DNA of 63,512 bases, counting the filler, from Collodictyon triciliatum (lineage: Eukaryota): NCBI GenBank assembly GCA_043381765.1. It is 10 parts of 10 records of this genome, joined end to end, with 100 filler letters (N's around TTAATTAATTAA, not from the genome) between each part and the next. Parts side by side here need not be neighbours in the genome. Positions count along the whole stretch, not along the records: positions 20,676 to 27,467 come from JBHJMP010004236.1; positions 27,568 to 34,358 come from JBHJMP010004237.1; positions 34,459 to 41,246 come from JBHJMP010004238.1; 7 more parts are not named here. One strand, given 5' to 3'. Within the stretch, counting starts at the first letter, position 1. Every line of letters starts with the position of its first letter. The notes under the pieces are model-generated. The model had not been told where the DNA came from and made no database searches. It saw nothing but the letters and a program-made list of their open reading frames with translations. Below, in pieces: positions 25,067-37,400 of the stretch. The translations under genes were made by a program, and so were the position numbers.

Positions 25067-26990
25067 TTAGTAGGTCAGTCCGGATGGCAGGGGCCACACA
25101 AGCTCATTCTCAAGAACCAGGTCGACAACCGAAAAGTAGGTTTCCACATATTCCTCCAATGAAAAACAATAGTTGGAAGCAGTTGCCGATAGCAAGTCAT
25201 CATGTCCTGGCAATAAGTCCTTGCAATCCTTCTGAATGGTATTCAATGCCACTTGATAATCACTCTGTAAATAAAGAAATAAGAATCACAGATAATTCAT
25301 CTCATTCCTTCTCTTAACCTACAATAATCAAGACATCGCTATTCAATATCATCTAAATAGCGATATGTGTTTGAAAATAGAAGATGTGTTACTTGTTTTG
25401 TAATCTCAGAGTATTTTTGCCCAATCTTTAGTATGTTGATATACAAATTCCCTACCTACCATGTTAAAGTAAAAAGCCAATTGATAAATACAATAATGTC
25501 AAAATTCAAGTAAGAAGTTCTCCCCCCCTTTTTTTTATATATAAAATATATATTTCATTTTTCTCCTGGCTTTGTTGATTTCACTTATCTTTTTGTTTCA
25601 TTCTTATAACATAGTTATAAATATATATATGCAAATATAAAAAGTAATAAAAGTATAGTGGATGTACAAGTTCATCAGCAGCAGTTGGTTGAAGCTCTGG
25701 TGCAGTTTCAGCCCGGTGTCCGCTAAGTGTCTTATATCCCCAAAAATTGAACATACGAAATCCGATCTATTGAAATTTCTTTTATGAGGAAGATCTAATA
25801 ACATTCTACGAGTAAAAACAAAAATAAAAACAAAAATAAAAACAAAAACAAAAACAAAAACAGCACAAGCTCCATACGGAAAAAGGTTACACTATTTTAA
25901 AAGAATTCACAGGATGAAACTTTTTTTCAAATAAATCATAACAGTTTCATTGATATCCCCTTTGTAAAAAAGGAAACATGGTATTTAACTGATGTTAATA
26001 ATTGCAAACATCCTCCACTGATGCTACAATACGAAGATCGAATAGAAGTCGCCTATCCACAGGAATCGAATGGAGATCCATCACATGTGTGTTTATACTC
26101 TTTGCAGAGCCCTTTGAATGAAAGATTAGTTTTTTTCCCTTTCAAGTTTGGATGCATCCTTCCCTATCCCCTTATTCAAATTTTGGTTGAAAAACCGCGA
26201 TTCTATAGTTTTTTTTCAGCATCAAAACAAGACAAATAGTAGACAAATGTATAAACACCTCAACAACGTGCAGGCAGGTATTGTGCAATACAAGTAACAT
26301 CCCTGTGATATCATTTTCAGTCTTTGATCGGTTCATGAACTTCTCCATGGAGGCTGAAAATTTTTTTTATTTACACACATGTTAGTGCTTTATTATAAAA
26401 GAAATTATATAGATTAATTCATATAGGTAACTTCAAATAATAAGTTTACATAGCTTGTATCAAAGAAAAATGAATAATTAGACTTATATACGGAATTTCT
26501 GCATTACTTTCATGGCAAGTATTAACTTAAATACGAAACACAAATTGAAAGGAAAAATAAGTAAAAACAACAACATATATACGAAAAAAAATTATATGTG
26601 AAAACTTCAAAATCATATGATACATACACAGGGTAACTTTATAATTTTTTTCGGTTCATTCATAGCGTGTCAAAAAAGATAATTGAATCGGTTGGTAATA
26701 CCTCCCAAATCTTCACCAGACTTGACGTTTTCAGTTAACCGTGCGACATAGAATAACCGATTGATGGTCTCTAGTTGCTGAATATTCGGGTAAGTTTACA
26801 TTTGTCATATCTGTTCCTCTAAAAATAAAATTTATTTAAAATGGAAATGAAAAAGAAAAGCTGGCAAAATAAGGGTTGAATAACTGAGACACTTGTTTAT
26901 GCAGAAAGCTCATACACTCTTTCCGTCGCGTTGAAGTTTCTCTTGGATCGTGTCCAGAAGAGAAATCCTTGGAATGGCGTCAAGCTCCAT
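25067..26990 (-). CDS. TEX47: TEX47 / DYBLUP / MOT7-like BLUF-fold axonemal dynein-associated protein
   Basis: Spliced: PRISLLDTIQEKLQRDGKKTINRLFYVARL, ITGMLLVLHNTCLHVVE|GS, RIVASVED|IGFRMFNFW, DLLP...YFSVVDLVLENELVWPLP. These match TEX47-family motifs as I recall them. Confidence 0.78.
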
Positions 26991-27697
26991 ATCCTGCTTT
27001 TTTTTTTTTTCCAATTAACGCTTTTCCTCGATATGTACTTGGAGCAGATCTGCTAGGCAGCACTGAAACTCCAACAGCTCCCTGTCGTTTTTTACTGCAG
27101 ATCAAATAGCTGTGGGTCTTGCTTCCGGCTCTGCTCAGACTGCTTTTGATGGGATTTTAGCTCAAAAACGTTCCAGAAATGGATACCGTTACGTTCTGTT
27201 AGCGCCACACCACCATTTGTTTTCTCCGTGGGGGTCTGCCACAAGGCGCCGCAGTGGGTGTGGTTGGAAGCGAAGGCCTCGAGGTTTGGCTTCTTCTGGG
27301 GTTTGGCGAGTAAGTTCAGAGTCTACTTCCCCCTTCGTTCAAAACCGCACGAAACAGCCGGCGAGATTCTCCGACTGACACTCAAGACGGCTGCGGCTGT
27401 TGGCCCAATCCAGGCGATATTTGGGCCTCTGCAACAGCTGCGTCCAGATGCAAAAACATTCTGGGCANNNNNNNNNNNNNNNNNNNNNNNNNNNNNNNNN
27501 NNNNNNNNNNNTTAATTAATTAANNNNNNNNNNNNNNNNNNNNNNNNNNNNNNNNNNNNNNNNNNNNAACAAACAAACAAACAAACAAACAAACAAACAA
27601 ACAAACAAACAAACAAACAAACAAACAAACAAACAAACAAACAAACAAACAAACAAACAAACAAGGCTACTCTGATTCTATCTCCCATCGCCATCAG

Positions 27698-28077
27698 GTT
27701 GTACTATTCCATCGCATGCGCATTGCGGGTAGACGAGATTCAGTATTCATTGGGCTACGAAAGAGACGACTCCAAATTCCGTCTCCACAATGTATTTCAC
27801 ATACACATACACACGAATCCACAGTTTTAACCTCCGACAAGTGACATTCATCTGTCCTGTTCGCTGTTCTGCATCGCTAGTTTTGCTTCTGCACGATGGC
27901 CACAGACTTTCATTTTTCTCAATTTTATATGTTTATTTCTCTATTTATATTTTTCTTTTGAACAAGACTTCTGTGCGGCAATATGTCGAGCTGCAAGAGA
28001 AAGACGATGGGGATAACGCGGACGAGCAGGAAGACGAGGCAGACGCACGCAATGCCGAACAAAACAAATTAGACTAG
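27698..28077 (+). CDS. 3' exons of an unknown gene with an acidic tail
   Basis: LYYSIACALRVDEIQYSLGYERDDSKFRLHN|TSVRQYVELQEKDDGDNADEQEDEAD...* joined through a GT-AG intron. Confidence 0.35.
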
Positions 28078-28632
28078 AACTGTGTTTCTATCTCTTCTAT
28101 CTTTCCTTTTCTTCTCTTTTCATTTTTTAAATGACTTTAGTTCAGATGAACAACGCCGACTGACGCACCCAAAATCAGTCGCATACCCCGCCACGCAACC
28201 CACATCCTGCATTATCTCGCTCACATCGCTTCTTTTTCCTTGAGCAACCATCAATCGAATGATTCATACGACCGTTTGTGTGAAATATAAATACAATATC
28301 GATACAGGCAAGCATTAATCACATATTAATACATGAGACGAGGAAAGAACGATTAAAAAAAAAGAAGAAGAAGAAGAAAAAAAAAAAAAAAGAGCCAATT
28401 CGCACGCAAAGACACCAAAGAGGGTCGGCGCGATGGCTGATTATATATATTTTTTCAAATATACCATTTAATGCTGAAGTCACACGGGCCACAAACAAGT
28501 CTGACACGGAAGCGCATCGGGTGTTTTGTCTGCATCAAAAATAAAATTAATCAATCCTGCGATGAAGAAGACCGAACACGGCGTGGTCTCCGCTTCTCTG
28601 AACGGTTCATTCCGATTCGCAGCGACCGCCGC

Positions 28633-31600
28633 CTACACTTGCGCAGCCTCAATCTCTGCCTTCATCTTCTCGGCCTGTGCAAAGGCGGGATGTTTGGTCC
28701 CAACTGCGGCCAGGCAAATCCCGCGCGCCCGAGTCACATAATCCGCTGCTGCCGGAAGCGATCCTTTTTGGATGTGCACTTTGGCCAGCGCACATAAGAC
28801 ATCTGCAGTCAGGATTGACTCCGATTGCCTCAGACAGTCCTGGATGCGAAGAGCCTTTGCGAGCAGCGGGAGCGCATCATCCAGTCTGCGGGTCGGTTGG
28901 CGTTCGTCGTGGGATTCCGTAGACATAGAATGCATTTATTAATACGGATGACAAATGAATCGAGAAAGTGGCATTATATCTGAACACATTTTGGGAAACA
29001 TGGTCTTATTATATGCTTCTTTTCCTCTTTGAATCGAATAAAGGAAAAAAAAATGCTTCTTTTCCTCTCTTTTCGACATTTGAAGGAGACGGGGAGGTTT
29101 TTTTTTTTTGAGTATTTTGAAGGCATGCGAAAGTGTGGCTGATTGTTTTACGTATGGGCGAGATGAACCTTTCTCTTTTCGTTGCATTTCTTCCCATTAG
29201 AAGTAGAGTCATAGACTGGACGGTGTTCGGTTTTGCGTGCACTTTGCTTTGAATTTGGTTGGCCTTGGAATACGATTCAAAGGCCTTTTCCTCCTTCCTA
29301 CACGACGCGTTTTACATGCAATTGAAAAAAAAAAACGTGATAACCGAAATCAACAAAAACACAGAAACAATTTTGATTTACTTCGCGCTCTCTCGAAGCC
29401 TTGAGAAAAGACAAACAAAAACATTACGCCTTTTATTTCTTTTTGAGCACATTCACTTCAATATACAATCTCTATCGTGTTCCATATGGTACTGAATAAA
29501 AATTTACTGAGGCATTAAATCATACGCTCGACCAATATTTACCAAAGACTCTGCATATGCTGGATGCATTTCCCCAAACGACTTTGATCGAATTAGCATC
29601 GCGCTCTGGAAAGACTCCATAGCTTCTGTCATTCTGTAAAGTATGAAACCAGCCATATATTTTTTTCTGTCAATAAAACGAGGCAGACGAATATTTTTTT
29701 CTTTATTCAAAACAGAATCTTATTTTCTACGACATTACAATATATTAAATTGCATAGGCTTACTCTCGCTTCTCATGCGTTCGAAGACTAATTAGAAAAG
29801 AAAAGAAAAGAAAAGAAAAGAAAAAGAAAAGAAAAGAAAAGAAAAAGAAAAAGAAAAAGAAAAAGAAAAAGAAAAAGAAAAAGAAAAAGAAAAAGAAAAA
29901 GAAAACAAACATACCTTGTCTGCTTCAGATAAAGGTTTCCGATTCCATCGAGAGATTCGGCAACCTCAGGATGGTCATCCCCATACATTTTTCTTTTGGT
30001 TCTAAGGGTTTGCAAATGCAAGTCTTCCGCTGTATCATACCTAGAATCATAATCATATTACAACGGAATCTGAAAAGTGACATTATCCACATGGAATCAT
30101 CCTAGATTTGCCCAATATTCATAAGATCTCTTTTGTGTGATTTTTCCCTTGTTATATCCCCCTCTATTTTGGTAAACCTGAAAACCTCTCACGATGTGGA
30201 TTATTTATAACAATTAGTATGTAATAAATTTTGAGATTAAAAGAGAAAAAAAAATACATTCCAAGCATCGCTTTCATATTTGCAATAGAACAATCCAGCG
30301 TTAGAACAGCGGGGTCACCAGTCACTTCGGAGCTTAAGTAAAGTTTCAATTCCTCATATGTTTCCAATGCATTCCGGTACCTAATAAAACAAAAAACAAA
30401 AAACAAAAAACAAAAAACAAAAAACAAAAAACAAAAAACAAAAAACAAAAAACAAAAAACAAAAAACAAAAAACAAAAAACAAAAAAAAAGGCAGAAAAA
30501 CAAAAAAACAAAAACGGCAGATATATGTGAAGTTTGATTACATGCTCGTTTTAATGAATGGGTGCGGTTCTAAAGTGAAAATAGCCATGACATAAACGGA
30601 AAGTAAAACGAAATACGAATACCTCATTTGATCTCTGTATAATTCTGCTTGAACCTGAATTGCAGTGAATATCTTCATTTTCTCTGGGCGACTTGATTCT
30701 CGATATAACGTTACGCTTTTTTGGAAGGCACCCAAAGAATCGGCGAGTCTGTGTTTTCATAAAATGATATGGTTGGCTTGAATCCTACATTTTAATATCC
30801 TGAATCCTGCATATTTTTTTCGCATCAGTTTGTAATTACCTTCCCATTTTATGATATATGTGAGCCAAGTTGAAAAACTCTCCAGCCTGGACGTAAGCTA
30901 TTCAACACAAAAAGAAAACCTCAGCGCTAGAGTTAATTATTCACGACTGCAATATTTTTGCAATACTTTATGCTACATGAAGGAAATATGAAGACGAAAT
31001 ATAGAGCTAATTTAGAACGTTCATCCTATCACCATCATGAGAGCTTTTGTGAGCTTGCTCCTCACAAATACTGGCTACAAAGTCATACTCTTCAATTTCA
31101 ACAAAGAACTCAATCAACCCTTTCCGAAGTGGAGAGAGTTTCTAATTACATTATAAATTCATCTTGTTAAGAAACTATGATATCCAGGTGAACAATATCG
31201 GGTAGTTGTGTTACCTTGATATACTTTTCATAAATAATCACAGGATTAAACCCTTCTTGTTGAAGTTCAGACCATACTTGAAAGAAATCATTTCGGTATA
31301 CACCCGACAGCATAGAGACTATAGCCTTGTGGCAGTTAAGCATGAAGAAGTCAACACATTATGGAATTACAAACGAGCATATGATTTTAATGAGGAACAT
31401 AGATTGATTTTGTAAAAGAAGGAAAAAGAAGGGAAAAGAAGGGAAAAGAAGGGAAAAGAAGGGAAAAGAAGACTGAACATTTTGCAGCTTTTCTTACGTT
31501 GTCATTATCCATACAGTTGAGTAAATCGCTATATTTTTTGCTGTTCTGATAGGCATATACAACCTCAGTAATTGCCTGGCAGTCTGAACCAGATTTCAAC

Positions 31601-33032
31601 GCGGAAGAAAGCCATGTCCCATACTCATAGAATTCGAAATATCGCGATTCCCCGTTCATGTATCGCTCGGTGATAACATTTGGAATTAATTCATGCGTCA
31701 GACGAAACCTTTATGAAAGTACAAATTTAATGACAGTATGTGAACCAAAAACAAAAAAATTACTCTAAAAACAATCCAAGATTCGTTTTTTTTTTTTTTG
31801 ATTTTTCTATATTTCCTTTTTTTTCTTCTTTTTTCTTTTGATTGCTAAATAGCAGGAATACCAGTGACATACTTTCCGTTTGATGCATACGTCAAATCGA
31901 CAACAGAGAAATAAAATTCATTCCTGCGCAGTGAAATATGACGGAGAGTATTTGAATTGAGTTTCCATCAAATTTAGCATTAATAATAGGAAGGTTGAAC
32001 TTTATAAAAATGCAAAATAGAAAAGTTTCGAAATTCTTTTTTTTACAAAAATTATGCAACATTATTAAAGCAATAAATTTACTATTCCAATTACTTTTAC
32101 ACTTATTTTTCTTGGTCTCTTTATTCTTATAATTTTGATCATAAAAAGTCCCACCAATCCCTGATATCCAAATCAGGCACACGATGGAAAGCATAAGAGC
32201 GAAGTTCACTATCTGTCGGACCGATTCGAGATATTGCCAACATGCATAAGACAACTTTTACCAAGTGTTGCCCTGGTAAAAATATCGTTTTAGATGAATA
32301 GATGTGTTGCATTACATGTTAAAAATCATAATATATTTATATATATTGGTAAATCATAAAGCGCAATGGTTACAAAAATTAACATTTTATTGGATATTGT
32401 GAATACCATATCTTTCCTCCCATTTTTCGAATATCTTGTGAATTAATGTCGATGTATCTTTGCTTGATAAAAAGAATTCATTCCCTAGCTCCGGCGTCAT
32501 CGACCACCTCTGGCTGTGGAGTTCCGTCAGGAATAGTTTCAAGAAAAGAGGGGTGTCTGTGTATTGAAAAAATTGGTAAAATGTATATCCTTTTCAATTT
32601 ATTACATCCCCTCAAAAAAATGAGGAAAGAATTATGTGTGGTGAATTCATATATGAACTGTCTATTAATTTTTTTTTTTAAAAAAAAAACCCTATTAAAA
32701 ATATCGATTTTCTTCGATTTCAAATCGTCTTCTTTTATGAAATTTGGGCTCACGTGTTGATTCTGGTGACTGAATCAAAGATTGTACGACTCTTGGATTA
32801 ATTGTTTTATCGATCTGTTCACAAAACATTTCAGATATATTTTCGATATCTTGTCTTTTCAATGGAGGAATTTGAAGTATATCAGATGTTTCTTTCTTTA
32901 AAATCTAGTAAATGATATTGCATGGTTAGCATTTTTGATAGAGTACGCATAAAAAATCGAGACATTAAAAAGGTTATGTTTGAAGTCCTTAAGCAGACAT
33001 ACGCTTCATATAAGGAAATAGAATAGCAAAAA

Positions 33033-33084
<52 letters not shown>

Positions 33085-34159
33085 ATTATAGAAAAGAGAA
33101 AAGATAAAAGAGAAGATTGTCGGATTCACACATCATGAGTTGAATGGCCTTCATTTGTGGAAATAATAATTGCTATGTTCCTGGTCGATCGCCTCGGGAG
33201 CCACTCTAAGAGCTCCGGCCTTGGAAAACTTTGGGATGGCTTCAACATTTCAACTCCATCGATTATAAAGACAAACTTATGATTTCTAATTTTTAAAATG
33301 TTGATTAATTTATTGTATCATTCGTATGATTTATAGTTACTTTGATTCATAGACTATTCATAATTGTGTTAACCGCCACCTCGAATGTAGTGATATTTGC
33401 TTCAAAAGTACATCAAATCCTCTCTCTGCATAATCTGTTGGGTAAGGAATACATGATAGCATTAAAATTCATGGAAAATTAGAATATTGTTAAAATCCTT
33501 TACTTGAGAAAGAATTACTAGCTCTCACGCCAAAAAAAAAAAAATTGGAGGAAATCAAAACCTTTTTGTGTCATTGCTGTCAAAGAAGAGGGAGTTACTA
33601 TTGAAGAATTTTTTTGTTCTTTGTTCACAGATTCATTCCCTTTTGACTGCAACGCTTTGGAACGCTTCGCTGCGAGGTCAGACTTTTCTTTCTCGGCATT
33701 TTTCAATATCGGGACAGCACAGTCCCAGAACTTTTGAATTATACTATTTAACATTCAGTCATAAAATAAGTATGATCAATAATTTAGACGGGATTTTGAT
33801 TAGGAATGCTATCATTAATATTTTAAAAGTACATTCTGTATCATTTAATCATAAGTATATTAACATCAATGTCTCGACCTTTCTACATAGAAACTTTCAT
33901 AAGTACAGCCGACGATATGAGTGAAAACGTGGATGCTCATAGAGGATTTTCTTTTCTGCAATTGCTCTGCAAGCCGACACAGGACAGTGGATTTTCCATA
34001 TCCAGGAGGGGCTGTAATGATGGTAAGAAAACTGTCGTGTATTTCAAACTGCGAGTTTATTTTCCCCTCCACTCTATCCATCAATTCACCACGTCGATAA
34101 TAACACTCGAGTCGATTTACGCAAAAAAGCTTCTTCTCTACCAGTGGGAGATTCTCAAT
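28633..34159 (-). CDS. STAND/NACHT-like P-loop NTPase with C-terminal TPR array (NPHP3-like), 5' truncated
   Basis: Walker A APPGYGKS, HVFTHIVGCT, Walker B FVFIIDG, LEWLP; KLC-type TPRs (YGDDHPEVAESLDGIGNLY, FGEMHPAYAESLVNIG). Confidence 0.8.
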
Positions 34160-34249
34160 CTGAAAATTGGGTTTATCAAGTTACGAAATGATTTGATCAA
34201 GAATTTTTAGCAAGTGGAGCTCTACAAAAATAATGAAATTGAATATAAT

Positions 34250-34358
34250 CGAATATAATCGAATAGAATCGAATAGAATCGAATAGAATCGAATAGAATC
34301 GAATAGAATCGAATAGAATCGAATAGAATCGAATAGAATCGAATAGAATCGAATAGAA
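34250..34358. repeat. (GAATAGAATC)n at contig end
   Basis: Decamer tandem run. Confidence 0.9.
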
Positions 34359-34464
34359 NNNNNNNNNNNNNNNNNNNNNNNNNNNNNNNNNNNNNNNNNN
34401 NNTTAATTAATTAANNNNNNNNNNNNNNNNNNNNNNNNNNNNNNNNNNNNNNNNNNNNTATTAG

Positions 34465-37400
34465 GCCATGAATCAGCTGAGCACCGAGAAATCCAAAATC
34501 ATCGTTCTTGCTGCCGAGTCAGGTATTGGAAAGTCGTCACTCATGGCTGCTACAGCGAGAGACCTCGAAGGGCTGAAGCATCCTGGGCTGCATGTCTTTT
34601 TCCATTTTGTCGGATGCACCAATCTCAGCAACTACGTGGAAAGGTTAATTCTATTTCTTTTTGTTTTTATAGATAGAAAGACATTATATAGTTTTTTTCT
34701 AAAAATACTTGTTTTATTTTAGTGTTTCGATTCGCTTCTGGACTTTGGTCGCAAACTCTGCCAACTTTATCGAGCAAAAGAAGCAAGAAGCTGGTATTAC
34801 ATTGTATTTTATTTTTATCTTTTTAATTCAAATATCGTAGAACAATTCTTCATGCATTTATTTTATTTTGCCACCAGAATACGAAAAAGAGGGACTCCAG
34901 GGCTTGCTGAAAATGATTCAGGAGAAAAATAAGTAATACTTCAATTTTTATGTATTTAAATTATAAAATCAAAATTAAAATAATTTGAATCGAATTAAAA
35001 ATAATTGATATTAAATTATGTTTTATAGAGACGAGAAGTTTGTCTTCCTCATCGATGCCATCAACCAAATCCACCCGTCGCAAGGAACGCCAGCTCCGCA
35101 TCTGCTGACGTGGTTGCCCAAAGAAACGCCACCTAACGTTGCCATGGTTGTGTCGACCATTGATACTCATGAATCTTGCACGGTATTCATCATTTAATAT
35201 TTATTTTTTGGACAGGGTTGTATTCTGCATAAAAATGATTTGAGTGGAACTTTATTTAATCTATATGTGTCATAAGTCTGCCAAGCAAAGTGGACTGGAG
35301 CCGATTTCTGTCGCCAAGTTGACCGAGGGCGAAATTAAGGATGGTGTCGAATCCTTCCTCATCCGCTATGACAAGACCCTGAACGAAAAGCAAGTTGGAA
35401 TGATTCTGGCTGACCTGGAAGATACTGGTGAGACATTGATTAAAGGATTATATATTTGATTAATGTTTTTTCAAGGATTAATTCAGTAAATCTTATCTGA
35501 TATTTCTTATAGGCCATCCGCTCTATCTCCGCATCATTCTGGATGAAGTCAGGGTCTTTGGTGTCTATGAGAAGCTCGATGATGAATTGAATACGCTGCT
35601 CTCGACCAATGGTGTGATTGAACTTTACACTCTCATTATCAAGCGCTGGCAAACGAAGTTTGACAGAAAAGGTGAGTATTGGTTTCAAATTTCACAAAAA
35701 AAAAAAAGTAAAGAATTATAATCGCCACTTTTGTTGAATGTTTATTTTCTTTTTCAGTGGCCTCATCTGATGGAAAAGAGACAATAAAGGTCGAGTATGT
35801 CTCCCTCTCGATGAAGGTTCTATTTGTCTCCCGCATCGGCCTGAGTGAAGTTGACCTGGACAAGTACATGAAAGATGCGATTGGCACAGGATTCGAGCTT
35901 GCTGAGTGGTTTGCTTACTCTTGAATTATAATAGAATTTATAGGTTTACTTTTTTTCTTTATTCTTTTATTTATCTAATCTTTTTATTCATTCAAATAGG
36001 AAGTCCTTCTTCTTTACCCTCATCGAGTCACTTTTTGTCCGCAATGGAAGGTTGGTGTTATTTCTGAATCCATTCATTCGTTAATCGGTGTTTTCGGTAT
36101 AATTTTATTTTAATAATCTTAATAATTGTTTATCATAGATACATGTACTTCCACCAGCTGCTTTTGGAGACCACCAAAAAATTTTACTTCTCCGAAGAGA
36201 AAGAGATGGAAAAAACGCACAAAAAATACGGAAAATGGCTGTTTGGCCAGTATTCTGAGGCTTCTGACGCGGATGAGGAGCTTGCTGCTGAGATATGCTT
36301 CCAGCTTCTGAAGGGCAGTTCGTTTGACTTGCTTGTCGAATACATGAAGCAAAAACATGTAAATTATTATTTTTTTTTATTTTTTTTCAATTATCTTCGG
36401 TATAATGAAAAGATTTTCACTTTAAATTTTAATACTTTATAGGTTATCAGTATCATGCTCCGTGGTCGATATCGCTACGAGTTCTTTACATGCTGGAGAG
36501 CAATCAACGCAAGTGGAGTGGCAAACTACAAAGATGCCTATGGAAGCTTGGCTAAGGTATTTTACTATTAAATTTTAATTTGTTGAAGGTTACTACTCAC
36601 AAATTTAATTATCAATCATGATTTAGCTTTAATTATTTTTTTTAGTCTTTGGATACTGTGGGAGACCTGCTTGTTGAATTTTTCTTGGAGTCTTTTGAGA
36701 ACTCGTTTTTGTTGTCTGTTCTGAATGTGCGTCTTGGAAAGCATCAGACAGAAGGTATGTAATTTGTTATTATTTTTGATTAATTTATGTCATAAATATG
36801 AATTTATATGTGAAGACATATTCAATAATCTATCAATTTATAGATACAAAGGCTGTTGATTACCTGAATCTTGGTCGTGTCTACAAGAACCTCCAAAAGT
36901 GAAAAAATAAAAATAAAACTTTAATGATTATTAATTAATACATGAAATGATGTTTATAATGCCAACTTTCTGAAATAAAAACAAATTAAACAGCTGGGCT
37001 GAGTCCATGGTCTACTACAAGAAATGCCTCGATTCAGTCGAGAAAAACGCAAAAGATTTCCTGCTTATCGCCATCATACATGAAGAGATGGGAATCATCT
37101 ACCAGCAACAAGATAAGTAAGGCTCACCTTGAGGTTTTAAATAAATCATGAATAATGTTTCAAAAAGGAAGCATTCTGATTTGCTTATTAAATAGGATCG
37201 ATGAAGCTCTTGATGAATATAAGAAATCACTGGAACTGAGAGTCAAACAACTGGGCGAGAACGACTTGCAAGTGGCCCAATCACATGAACGCTTCGGAGA
37301 CATCTACGTGAAGCAGTCAAAGTAACATTTTTAGTATTTTTATTTTATTATTTCTTATTTTATTTCTGAGATTTTTTTGTTGATCAATTTAATCATAGAA

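Noticed and set aside
25604-25804. RhoGEF-like ORF (IFGDIRHL...)
   Set aside because: Wrong frame; the region splices into TEX47 as IGFRMFNFW.
34359-34458. Head-to-head arrangement of two NLR-like genes (sensor/helper pair)
   Set aside because: They are separated by an artificial linker between size-sorted contigs and both are 5' truncated, so linkage is unsupported.
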